Counted from the whole stretch's first letter, positions 12,700 through 24,629 are shown. The stretch is 63,600 nucleotides of DNA, filler included, from Octopus bimaculoides (GCF_001194135.2; 5 parts of 5 records of this genome joined end to end with filler, not necessarily neighbours in it), one strand, 5' to 3'. Program-made: numbers and translations. The notes: generated from the sequence alone by a model not told the origin.

Positions 12700-14381
12700 G
12701 AGTTGTCGATGAGCTAAAGTTGTATTATCTATTTGAAATTACTGTTGTTTAATTGTTGTAGTGTTCTCTGAAATCTTTTTTGTGTTGCCTTGTAGTACTT
12801 GTTTGTGCTTTCCCGTCTCATAGAGAAGGGTAGGCTGAGTGAAAAATGGCAGTAGTAAATATCAGCTGCTCAGAACTGTCCTCTTCGGAACAGTCGGAGC
12901 AGTCAGATATGTTGTGGACCACGATGGAGATGCTGCATTAGGAACGGATAAGACAAAATTGAAGTTTCGCAGAGATTGCAAAGGTTAAAAATACCAAGTC
13001 GAATGGAATGAATGAAGAAGCTATACGAAAATGATGAGGCCTGGAGGAGCCAATGGCCCCCCCACCCGAGAAAATGATTGTCAATGAGAAGGAGTGTACT
13101 ATTACAAACAAGACATTCGGTAGTTACTGGCAAGATAGAAGAAATGACAACGGCCTAAGTGGAGAAGGCACTAAGGCCAATCTGGGAAGGGATAAAGAAT
13201 CTTGACAGAGGAGCCAAGTACGGAACAATAGAAGTAAGATTCAAAGATGCAGGCATGGCAATGTTAAATGCGGCAAATATTTTAAAGAGTTATGAAGTGC
13301 TGCTGTTGCCTATGTACCATGGAAGGCGTTCTGTAAATGTCAGTGTTGAGGAAATCTCAGAAGAAGTCGACGTAGCCTGGGTAGCAGCCGCTGTCTTACT
13401 CGGTAATGAGAAAGAGATAGCAGTTCTTCAGGCCACAAAGACAAAAAGTAGGCATTGGAAAGGTCAAACATTAAATATGGTTATTCAAAGGCCGAGAGAA
13501 ATGGAGGGAATACCAGAAATAATAGCAATAGAAGATATAATAATGTGGGTCAGAGTAGCGTGCCGGATTCCTTTATTCTACAAGTTCGGCCAGAAAGGTC
13601 ACATTAGAGCGAACTACTCTCTACAGGACAAAAAGGAGGAAGAACAGACAAGAAAAAACTAGCAGAAACAGAAGAAAAAAAAAGAGTGAATCAGGAGAAT
13701 GGGAAACAACCAGTAAGAAAAGGAAAAAGAAGAAACCAGGCATAACAATCACAGAACCCCACCCCACACAACACCCACCCTGTTCCTTGCACCCGCCCCT
13801 ACAGACGGTGAAGCTATCCGCCCCCCTCTGAAACACAAACAAACACCGACGGAGACAAGCCTTTCAAAATCCTCACCTTCCGGAAAAAAGAAAAAGAACA
13901 ACTACGCAATAATGTATAACAATACAAACAAGAAATTGTGCGAGGAGATATAAAGGTGGCAAGACATAAGAGCGGTGGACACAAATAAAATTGATAACGT
14001 GCAAGGGTGGCGTTGCTGCCTGTTATTAAATGAGGAACAAGGAGAGAAAAAATCAAAACGTTTAAAGCGGTTTTAGTATATGGGAAATAAACCTGGATAT
14101 TAGAAAATTACCATGGCATTTGGAGTACGTACAACTATTGAAGCACTACAAGTTCGAGATCTTGGCAGGAACAAAATACAAAAAGTGACAAAAAAAAATT
14201 ATAGATTAAGTGAATCAGTCGTGGGGCTGAGTTAACTTCATTCTATTTCTCATTTTCATTTTTCATCCATTATAACATACGTTCTTTTAATTTGTTTCCT
14301 TTCCTTTTCATGCCTGTAATATGTCTCCACATGTCTTTGTAATGTCCCCTTTCCGTTAGCCCCTTGTGGATAATAAAGAAA
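12700..14381 (+). mobile_element. ORF1-only Tx1/L1-like non-LTR retroposon, copy 1 (pseudogenised; 5' boundary approximate)
   Basis: Broken ORF from ATG 12846 to ~14200, including ORF 13159-13662. Ends in a degenerate knuckle PLFYKFGQKGHIRANY, followed by a K/E/P-rich linker, a T-rich 3' UTR and tail ttagccccttgtggataataaagaaa. No endonuclease or RT motifs seen. Confidence 0.75.
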
Positions 14382-14859
14382 CAAATTACACTGTTATCTT
14401 AATTACTTTTCGAAAAGACACATCATTTTGTTGTTATTCAGTTGAAAATACAGAAGAGCATCGACTTAGAATTTTAAAAGTATTAGTACTGGTTCTAAAG
14501 TCCAGAGTTCGAACACCCATTGCGATCGAAATTGTTTTTCAATCAACTTTCCGGGTCGATAAAAATCGTACAATGTGTGTACTTGAGAGACATTTACAAA
14601 TGTCTGGCTTCATACCAATGTGAAAAACGTTTATTGTTGACGCAAATAGTGCTCTTGTTATTGTTGCTATTGTTGTTACTGTAACGTGGTTGTCACTTTA
14701 AATATATTGTTTCAAATGTTGTTTTCGTCGTATTATAAATACCTCATTGCCATAAATTTAGCCTGCGTTTATTTTTGCTGTAACTTCATACTGTGTAATT
14801 TCTTTCAGTGGATTCATTCATCAAAAACAATATTTCAACTGGTAGAATGGCAAGTCTTC

Positions 14860-16085
14860 ATTCCACGTGTTTGTCTTCCGAGTTCTAATTCTGTTAATGA
14901 CAGCTTAGCGTTTCAATTCTTGGAGTCGATAAATGAAAATAGCAGTGAACTATGGGGTCGAGTTGATCGACCAATTCACTCATTGGCAAAAAGAGGAACC
15001 GATCTTTTTGTCTAAATTAGAAACAACATTTATTTGTAATATTTCTTGGGAAGCTAAGTGGCAGAACTGTTAGCATTTTAGGAAAAATGTTTAGCTGTAT
15101 TTCTTCCAAATTTACGTTCTGTGTTCAAATTCCGCTAAAGTCGATGTTGCTTTCAGAACTGATGTATCAGTCAAGCACTACAGACTATGTTATTGACAGT
15201 TCACTCCACTAAGCTTTCAGGCCTTGTACCTATATTAGAAAGATATATTGCTTGTGCTACTGGCAAGCTAGCTGTAACGTTAACGCATTCGATATAGTAT
15301 TTGGATTTATTTTTCCGGCTATTACGCAGTGGTTCAAATTTCCCCGAAGTTGACTTTCACTTACTTTTTAGGGTCGATAAAATAAATTTCCAGTCAAGTA
15401 TTGGTATCGATCTTATCATTTAACATCTACCACTAAAATTGCCATCGCTATGTCTAATTTAAGAGCACCTAATTTGGACTGTGCATTTGAAGAACTATCA
15501 GAGCACTGAGAAAATTAATTGCAGTGCGTTCCGGCTCTTTATATTCTCAGTACATACATGACCGTGATCAAATTTCATTTCTATCACTGCGCGAGCTATC
15601 AGCAAGTACTAATCAAGTTTTCACATCATTATAATCAACTAACTCCTCCCCACTAAGTTCAGACCTTATGCTAGTAATAGTAAATCGTTAATATTATTGA
15701 TAGTCCAACTGACAGAATCTTTAGAGCATCAGCAAAAATGGTATGCGGTTCTCTTCCTGTTGGGCCAATATATCCCGATTTCAAATTCAGCCAAGGGAAA
15801 CAGCCTCTTTATACCTTCCTCGGATGACTAAAAATACTAATGAACTACTGAAATTGAAGTTATCGATTACCACCTTTCCTAAACTTATATCTATGCTAGA
15901 AACAAAGATCTGTGGAAGTGTCGAATACTTAGAGCTGTCGAACAAAAATGTGATGTGGTATTTCTTTCAGCTCATTACGTTCCATGTTCAAAATCCCGCT
16001 AAGAGCCATTTAATTTTTCCTTATTTAGTGATGACTATATCTCTCTCACAAATTTCAGGCCTTGCGTCTATTGTAAAATATTAAT
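14860..16085 (+). mobile_element. Cluster of about 5-6 degenerate same-strand SINE family A copies
   Basis: Repeated gttcaaatt/ttcaaattc B-box-like motifs (~14870, 15123, 15333, 15781, 15986), gggtcgataaaat cores and tttcaggccttg tails (~15215, 16053). Confidence 0.7.
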
Positions 16086-17334
16086 TTGCATTGCATACTA
16101 CTAGGACGCGGGATTTGAACAACCGTTAGATCGTTGGATATAAGGCTTTCGATTATTTTTCCGAGGTCTTTACATCTCGAAATCACACCGAGGTCCCAGT
16201 TACACATAGTTTTCTTTTGGGAGTCAGAAGATAAATAACACCAGCTATCGTTTTAATTATTTTAGGTCTTACTTTGTCAGTTCTGCTTTTGGATCTTTCT
16301 CTTCGGCTAAATTTTGATATCACTTGTTTCTGGTGTTTGGTATCTAAATGCTCTTTAAGTACAATTGATACATTGTTCTTATATTTTAGTGGCATCATTG
16401 TTATTGCAGTTGTTGTTGTTGTTATAGATTCTTAAACAGTTTTATAAAACAGACAGATATACAATTTCGAATCGTGATATCCTTTAGATACCAGGATAAT
16501 TATGTGTCTATTTTTCATACATTTTCTTTAGGTTTTTAAAGTCTAATATTACTTAGTTCACTGTAGGGATACTGTGCATTGTGTAATACACGTTACTGAA
16601 GTGGTTGTAAGTTCAATGCAACCTACTGTTTATATTTCTTCATAGTGCAATAATGTATAAAATATTGTAATGTAGTACACTGCTTGAAATGGTTCTAAAA
16701 ATACTTTTCTTTCTCTTTTGATATATTTCCCATTATACTTCTAAGAGGCTGCAAAACATCAGTAAGTTAAGCAAGTCAGCCACCCGACTCGATTGCAAGT
16801 TCACTCTATTTATGCCATTAACTCCTTTAAGAACGGACTATACTCTGTGACTTGTTATTTCTACTTTTATTCTGAAATATAACTTCAGTGTACCTACAGC
16901 AGTAGAACATATTATAAATAAATAAATAAATAAAGTAAGCCTTTGTTAGTTGTACATCAAAGGAAATTTTGTTTTTGCTACTAGGTGTCAAAATAATGTC
17001 AATATTCCAATGTTTTCCTTTGTAGGAATGTAATATTTTTGTCTAACACCGTGGTGAAAAGTAGATATATTATCTGTTTCAAACTGACATTGTGCTTCTC
17101 ACAATAAATAAGTTTCATTTCACTGTGAACTATAGATACTACGTGCAAATCCCGAAATAGTTGAATGTATTCGATGCCCCATAGACCGATCAAATAGATA
17201 GTTATGATATCAAGTTCAGATTATCATTATAGTTTTGTAGCTTACTACTGTGTTATGTGATTTTCCTTTTAGATTATGAATCAGAAAACACTTGGTCAAT
17301 ACTTTTATGGATACATTAACACAAGGAAATAATT

Positions 17335-17435
17335 GGTGGTTAAGAGGCACGTTTTGAATCACACGTAGCTGTAGATCAAGCCCTATAATGCGAGCAACGT
17401 AAGGCAGTATGTTTTGTATTGTAACTCACAATTAA
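17335..17435 (+). mobile_element. Old SINE (family B-like) remnant
   Basis: gtggttaagagg head-like motif and weak core similarity only. Confidence 0.4.
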
Positions 17436-18911
17436 TCTAATACGTTCTGAGTCTCATTTACTAGACAGTGTATGTGATAAGAGTGAAAATTAGGGATTCG
17501 AGAAAAATATATATCAGTAAAACGTACTACTCGAAATGCAATGTAATGCCTCAATGTAACAGAAACAAAAACTGAGTTCCATTTAATCGACTGTATTCCT
17601 ATGCTGTAGCTCAAAGAAGCCACATTCCTGAGGAAATCATGTGATTCTGTCGGAAAACTGACACCCCAACAGCACTTCCAAATGTAATAGAAAAAAAATG
17701 ACCGAAGTCACGGTTAAGTATTCGGAAGATTAAATTTGAAACTGTATTCTACTCAACACTTTAACGAAAGTGGTGTTATATGCCGTACTGTGGTAGGGAA
17801 AACCTTCATATTCGATGCTGAAGATATATGTACTTTCTGTAAACATCATATCATACTTTTTCTGGTAAGACGTATCCAGTCACTTTTGCCATCTAATGAT
17901 ATCGGTTTTAGCAGTATTCGTGCTAGACCACTAAAGGATTGGTGCCATTTCCAAGTATGTCTTAATGATCCCACATGAAATAATTACGCATTCATCTCTT
18001 TCTTTTTATCGGCATATATCAAATGTGTGGAAACGTGTCACATTCCAAAATTGGGCAACCAGCATTTCTCTGATGATTGAAAGATGGAAAGCAGTTTTGA
18101 TAATATTTGTTTATCGAGAAACTAATCATGTTCGCAAAGAACATGATTGGTTTTCAATTGGTTCCAATCAGATGATTCCGTCTTCAGAGCGAAGTGCAAT
18201 TTATGTAATAGAGCGCACATCGATGCATATTCTACGAACCATTTTATGCCTCACTTCCTATTATGCACTTCTCGTCGGCTTTATCCACAATTCTCTCTCT
18301 GAAATTTCCAAATAAGCCACGTATAGCTCGTCATTTCTATTCGATCAGTATACAACGTGTATACATTGGCAAGCAGACCACTTCAAACCTGAATTTCGGA
18401 ACACATAAGATTAAATATCTCCAAAATATGATAACTGTAAAACGAAGAGTGAATCGTACGAATATATAATGCGCATAATAAACAAAACAAAGAATTAGTC
18501 CCATATATTTTGAGCACAATAGCACTATGCAACCTCATGAGGTAAAACCCTCACCAAATCTGAATCCTGACAAAGATATTTGTCGTTGACCATAAACATA
18601 ACAGTAATTTATTCAATTAATTAAAACTCATGATTTAAAGTGTTTTATTGTCCGCATAATAACCTAGGATTTTCTCCTAACAATAGAGACGTCCAGAGTA
18701 CTAAGATAGGATGATATTGTATCATGTATTGGTTAATATTTGTGTATTATTCACAGAACATGGTGCTACAACTACTAATCCCATTTTAGGTCACTTTCTC
18801 CGAAAAGAACATACATTGACCGTCTTGCAATGTCGAACATTTTACTGTATCATTACTTGTTTCTTACTTTCAAGCATTTCCTAGTTCTGAATTAATAAAC
18901 TTTGTATATAT

Positions 18912-18972
18912 AAGGCGGCGTGCTGGCGGAAACGTTAGCACGCCGGGCGAAATGCTTCGCGGTGTCCCGTCT
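18912..18972 (+). mobile_element. SINE family A head, interrupted by the downstream retroposon
   Basis: aaggcggcgtgctggcggaaacgttagcacgccgggcgaaatgcttcgcggtgtcccgtct; the SINE body resumes at 20768. Confidence 0.85.
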
Positions 18973-20767
18973 CTGTGAATTATATCATGTCATATGAAAT
19001 TGGTGATTTATTGAGAATGCTGCTGTGTTGTTCTGTGGGGACTGTGTGAGTTGTTGTAGGTTGTCTCTGTGAATGGTTGTGATTTTTGTGGAATTTGAAA
19101 TTGTGGCGTTTCGCGCGAGCGGCTGCATTTTTTTTCCCATGTGTTGGCGAGTGGTGGTGTCCCCGGTATGGAGAGCTGCGCCGGGGCCGCTGCGGCGAAG
19201 AGGCCAGTGCCCCTGGAAGCCGGGTTGATCGAGCTGGATGTGGGGGAGGTGGGCGGAGGCAGGAGTTTGATGGAGATGGAAGGAGATTCATATGGGTTGC
19301 CCCCCCCCCAAAGTAGACCAAGGAGGATGGGATTCTGAGGACGGTTGNNNNNNNNNNNNNNNNNNNNNNNNNNNNNNNNNNNNNNNNNNNNNNNNNNNNN
19401 NNNNNNNNNNNNNNNNNNNNNNNNNNNNNNNNNNNNNNNNNNNNNNNNNNNNNNNNNNNNNNNNNNNNNNNNNNNNNNNNNNNNNNNNNNNNNNNNNNNN
19501 NNNNNNNNNNNNNNNNNNNNNNNNNNNNNNNNNNNNNNNNNNNNNNNNNNNNNNNNNNNNNNNNNNNNNNNNNNNNNNNNNNNNNNNNNNNNNNNNNNNN
19601 NNNNNNNNNNNNNNNNNNNNNNNTGCTACCAAGTTGTGGAGGAGGAAGTGGTGTGAGAATGGGAATTCCGAGAGTGCCACTGGAAATTGAATCGGAGTAA
19701 CCGGTTGCAGCAGTTCTAGCTGCAACCAGGGAGCATCCGGTGTTGGGACCTGCGGCGGGGGTAAGGGTGCGCAACTGGTGGGGGTTTGTATTCCAAATGT
19801 GGCTTTTTGCCACATTCGAGGACATGGAGAGGGTCCCCTGCCAGATTGAGGTAGGGGACGAGAGGACGTTAGATGTCGTAGTTGAGGGAGGAGGGCCGAG
19901 CTGTTACATGTGCAGGGAGAGGGGCCATATGAGGACCAGGTGCCCCCCATACAAGTTCGCACAGCCTTAGCTGGGGGGGGGGCACATGTGGAGAAGGAGA
20001 GCATTGTTGACCACATTGAGGAAATGAAAGAGACACGGAGGTGTAAGACGGAGGAAGCATGGGAGAGGATCGGAGATGGGTCTACTAGCCCTAGAAAGCA
20101 AAAGAAGAGTAGGTCAGGGGAGCGGTCAGCAGAGAGCAGGAGAGAGATGGGAGAGCCAGAGACTGGAGATGTACAGGTGGAGAAGAAGGGAACGTACGAG
20201 GATGTCAAATACAGGGGTGCTTTGATTCAATACGGGAGGAATGAGGAGATGGACGGAGGGATCGCGAAGTTGGAGGGTGTAACAAGAGTGAGAATGCTGG
20301 AGGCCTGTACTGCCTCTGCTGGGAGGTGCATTTTGATGCATGAGACGGGCTACTGGGCGTGCATGGGGGAATTTGATGAGAATGTATGTACGATGCGGGT
20401 TTGGTTGGTGGAGACACCGCACCCTGGAACTGATTATTTGCAGTTGATGGTGACGGGAGTGGCAGTGATTGGTGGGAAAGGGAAAACGAGAATATTTCAA
20501 TTTTTTGAGTCGCAAAACCGTTAAATTAAAAGTGAAAGACTGCATAAATGTAACCACCCGACTTCAGGGGTCGAGTGGACATTGCGCCTCATTTTTTTCA
20601 TTCTTCCATATTATCATTTTATTTTAATTTTCTTCTACTATTATCATTCGCTTTTGTATTTTTTGGTCTCCGATTTTATGCTTGTTGCGTTGTGTACTGT
20701 CCTTATGTTTTGTAATGTCCCATAAAAAAAACTCCTTGTATAGCCTTTTTGGGGTAATAAAGAAATT
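18973..20767 (+). mobile_element. ORF1-only Tx1/L1-like non-LTR retroposon, copy 2
   Basis: Broken ORF with an intact CCHC knuckle CYMCRERGHMRTRC (19902-19943). LPSCGGG..EIESE*PVAAVL..RNWWG..MERVP..VVVEG aligns with copy 1 (LPMYHG..EVDVAWVAAAVL..RHWKG..MEGIP..VRVAC). The C-terminal ORF ends at 20524, followed by a T-rich UTR and tail tagcctttttggggtaataaagaaa. Confidence 0.8.
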
Positions 20768-21140
20768 GGTAGTTCGTCCGTTTTATATTCTGAGTGCAAA
20801 TTCCGCCGAGGTTGATTTTGCCTTTGATCTTTCGATGTCGATAAGTTAAGCAGTAGTTACGCACTGGGGTCGATGTTATCGACTTAATCCTTTTGTCTGT
20901 CCTTATTTTTCCCCTCTATGTTTAGCCCCTTGTGGGCAATAAAGAAATAAGAAACGTTAGCATGCCGGGCAACATACTTAGCGATATTTCGTCTGTCTTT
21001 ACGTTTATAGTTCAAATTCCATTGACGTCGACTTTGCCTTTCAGCCTTTCGTGGTCGATAAATTAATTGCCAGTTGCGTACTGGGGTCTATCTAATCGAC
21101 TGGCTCACGCCCCAAAAATTTCGGGCCTTGTGACTAGCAT
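20768..21140 (+). mobile_element. Two tandem SINE family A bodies, the first ending in the retroposon-type tail
   Basis: Body 1 (20768-20950) ends tttagccccttgtgggcaataaagaaataa. Body 2 starts gaaacgttagc (20951) and ends aaaatttcgggccttgtgactag. Confidence 0.85.
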
Positions 21141-21549
21141 AATGCATTCATTTATATTTTTTCCAAGAAATCTAGTTTATCTCACTTTCTAAACCTTTCT
21201 ATTAATTTTAAACACTTAGTAAAATATATCTTCATAACCAACTTCAAATCTTCTGAAATGTGTGTGTTTGTCTTAGAGTGTGTGTGTGTGTACTGATTTT
21301 TTTCTCAAATTACATGTCAAAAAATTTTAAGATTATATTTACTTTAAGATTAAGAAATTTAAGACATAATTTAAGACAAAACAATATGTTTTAGTAGAGT
21401 ATATAGCTATTACCTCATTGAAGTGAACACTTCGCAGCCATTTTGATGTTTCATTACCAACAGCGTTATCAGACATTTTGATCAATTCGAGTCTACTGAG
21501 ATGTCAAATTCACTGTCAGTTTCTTAAAGTAAAACCTACATGTATAATT

Positions 21550-21590
21550 TTAGGCACAGGAGTGGCTGTCTGGTAAGAAACTTGCTTTCC
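21550..21590 (+). mobile_element. SINE family B head fragment
   Basis: taggcacaggagtggctgtctggtaagaaacttgctttcc. Confidence 0.65.
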
Positions 21591-21879
21591 TCACTACTGT
21601 GTGGGCGTGATTTTCTTCGCTGCTGTAGTCACATCGATGTATACCAACGTCGTGAATTATTGAAAAAGTGAAGCACAACTACGAGGTAAGGCATTTGTTT
21701 TGGGCAAAATTCAGTGGGGGTTTGTTGCTCGTGTTTATTTATTTTTGTCGAACAAGAAATCTCCACTGAGTTCCACGCATTTTTCTGCCTGTAGTTGTGT
21801 TTAAAGTCTCATTTAGTGGTGGGAAGTGTGTTTTGAGGGCGTATCCCTCCTAAACATGTGTTAGTTTCTGTGCCTCTTT

Positions 21880-22158
21880 TGTGCCCTTACCAGAAGGATC
21901 AACCAAGTTGGCTAGGAGTACTAGGACAGCCAGAAGAATGTTCTGTGTTCTTTAGAACTGTTTCTTGTCTTCTTCTATCCTTCCTGTATCCTTGTTTGTT
22001 TTTTTTTCTTTTTTGAACTCTGAACTTTTGTTTTTGTGGACTTTTTCTAAAAGAAACATGGCAAAGAAGACGAACAACACTGCGTTGGAGTGAGAGATTG
22101 TCCCACCCAAAAAGTGGATGAAAGACTTTGAAGAGAGGACGGTGGTGGTACGAACGTA
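21880..22158 (+). mobile_element. 5' end of a third ORF1-type retroposon copy, cut by a scaffold join (5' boundary approximate)
   Basis: TC-rich leader, then ATG 22058 MAKKTNNTALE*EIVPPKKWMKDFEERTVVVRT. This resembles WVAPPPK*TKEDGILRTV (copy 2) and WPPHPRK*LSMRRSVLLQT (copy 1). Confidence 0.6.
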
Positions 22159-22258
22159 NNNNNNNNNNNNNNNNNNNNNNNNNNNNNNNNNNNNNNNNNN
22201 NNTTAATTAATTAANNNNNNNNNNNNNNNNNNNNNNNNNNNNNNNNNNNNNNNNNNNN
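22159..22258. other. Artificial scaffold join (44 N + TTAATTAATTAA + 44 N)
   Basis: Exactly 100 nt; the palindromic linker gives stops in all six frames; the identical structure recurs three more times. Confidence 0.9.
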
Positions 22259-22265
22259 ATATATA

Positions 22266-22478
22266 CTTTTCTACTCTAGGCAAAATGCCCGAAATTTTGG
22301 GGGAGGGGTCAGTCGATTAGATCGACCGCAGTACGCAACTAGTACTTAATTTATCGACCCCGAAAGCATAAGAGGTAAAGACCACCTCAACGGAATTTGA
22401 ACTCAGGACGTAAAGACAGGCGAAATACCGCTAAGCATTTCGCCAGGCGGGCTAACCACTCTGCCAGCTCACCGCCTT
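22266..22478 (-). mobile_element. SINE family A, full length
   Basis: Reverse complement reads aaggcggtgagctggcagagtggttagcccgcctggcgaaatgcttagcggtatttcgcc..gagttcaaattccg..ggggtcgataaattaagtac. Confidence 0.9.
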
Positions 22479-23218
22479 TCTTTATATATATATAAACATA
22501 TGCATACATACATACATACATACATACACACACACATACATACATACATACATACATACATACATACATGTGTATATGTGTGTATGCGTGAGTGTATTGA
22601 TATGTATGTACATTTGTATCTTCGTGTGCTCATGTACATGTGTATATGTATGCTTGTTTGTGTGTCTTAAAATTCTTTCATCCGAAATTTTCCTGAATCC
22701 ACACGAGTTAACTCGTTCAAAGTATTTTCTTGAAGTCCTGGAATTCTCTTAATAGAATATCCACGTTTTACTTTTTTTTCTGCAAGACAGGGATTATATT
22801 ACTGTACTGACTGTGTGCAGGAGAATTCTCGCTGGTTTTAAACTAATCTATATTAAAATTTCGGCATAGTTAACTCTCGAGTAAAATTTCGGTGTATTTG
22901 GCAAAAGCCTTGATACGTCAAGGTATTTAACAGGGGTTTTTGAAAGTGTATGTATGCTGTTTATATCTTATTTTGAAAAACTCTCAGTAGGATCTACTTA
23001 GATATTTTTGCTGATAACGACGGGACCATACATCCTACATAAAGCTTGCTGAAAATTCTTTCGAAAGAAGCGATTCCCAGATTCTGCAAAATTTACCCCA
23101 ACAAAGCCTGATAGTAGAATGATAGGGATAAGGATGGTTATGGTCGGCACCACAGTAGTCATTTGACTAGCATCCATCTATTTTTCTGTTTATCTATCTA
23201 TCTTTCTGCCTTTCTTAT

Positions 23219-23250
<32 letters not shown>

Positions 23251-23686
23251 NNNNNNNNNNNNNNNNNNNNNNNNNNNNNNNNNNNNNNNNNNNNNNNNNN
23301 NNNNNNNNNNNNNNNNNNNNNNNNNNNNNNNNNNNNNNNNNNNNNNNNNNNNNNNNNNNNNNNNNNNNNNNNNNNNNNNNNNNNNNNNNNNNNNNNNNNN
23401 NNNNNNNNNNNNNNNNNNNNNNNNNNNNNNNNNNNNNNNNNNNNNNNNNNNNNNNNNNNNNNNNNNNNNNNNNNNNNNNNNNNNNNNNNNNNNNNNNNNN
23501 NNNNNNNNNNNNNNNNNNNNNNNNNNNNNNNNNNNNNNNNNNNNNNNNNNNNNNNNNNNNNNNNNNNNNNNNNNNNNNNNNNNNNNNNNNNNNNNNNNNN
23601 NNNNNNNNNNNNNNNNNNNNNNNNNNNNNNNNNNNNNNNNNNNNNNNNNNNNNNNNNNNNNNNNNNNNNNNNNNNNNNNNNNNNNN

Positions 23687-23760
<74 letters not shown>
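23687..23760. repeat. (GT)n microsatellite flanking an N gap
   Basis: Direct reading. Confidence 0.95.
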
Positions 23761-23763
<3 letters not shown>

Positions 23764-24233
23764 TTGAGAGTTTCTGCATGCTCCTACGTACGTCTGCACG
23801 TTAGCGAGTATAAGAGGGAACATGTGTATATTCAATTCCTATATCTATACACACACATGGTCTGGGAGTATGCATGTTAACTAATTCTTATTCTTCCGCT
23901 CTTTTTTCCTACTAACACCATCGCCACACACACGCACGCACGCACACACACACACATACATACACACATATTCACACGCACGCACGCACGCATGCAAACA
24001 CACATACACACATAATCCCTCTGTTGCTGTGATGCTATGTCAGTCAGTCAGTCACTCAGTGATATTGAGTGACGAAGTGAAGTAGCTGTGGATTTCCGCC
24101 ATTATGCCTGTCAGTGGCATGCAAAAGGAAGTCCGTTCCTTGAACACATCAATCATCTCTTTCTGCCAATCTGAGACCTGTTTCTATTGTTAACAAATCT
24201 CTCTCGCTCTCTCCCTTCCTCTCTCTCAACACA

Positions 24234-24271
<38 letters not shown>

Positions 24272-24597
24272 TATTGGTAGATCTATTCAGTTTTTAAAGC
24301 GGTTTCTTCTTATTTGTGACTTTTCCCTCGTCGTCCATAACTTTATCACGTCCATATCGATTCATATTCTCAGTCGTTTTGCATACATGGAAATGTGAAT
24401 ACGTGTGTGTGTGTGTGTGTGTGTGCGTGTGTGTGTGTGTGTGTGNNNNNNNNNNNNNNNNNNNNNNNNNNNNNNNNNNNNNNNNNNNNNNNNNNNNNNN
24501 NNNNNNNNNNNNNNNNNNNNNNNNNNNNNNNNNNNNNNNNNNNNNNNNNNNNNNNNNNNNNNNNNNNNNNNNNNNNNNNNNNNNNNNNNNNNNNNNN

Positions 24598-24629
<32 letters not shown>

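Noticed and set aside
17965-18315. 116-aa ORF with a faint resemblance to the Cys-loop receptor pre-M1/M1 region (IYVIER..ILRTIL..LLVGFI)
   Set aside because: The key conserved residues (RRP.FY, LP..SGEK) are absent, and I see no splice support or flanking domains. The 17.5-18.5 kb region remains unassigned.
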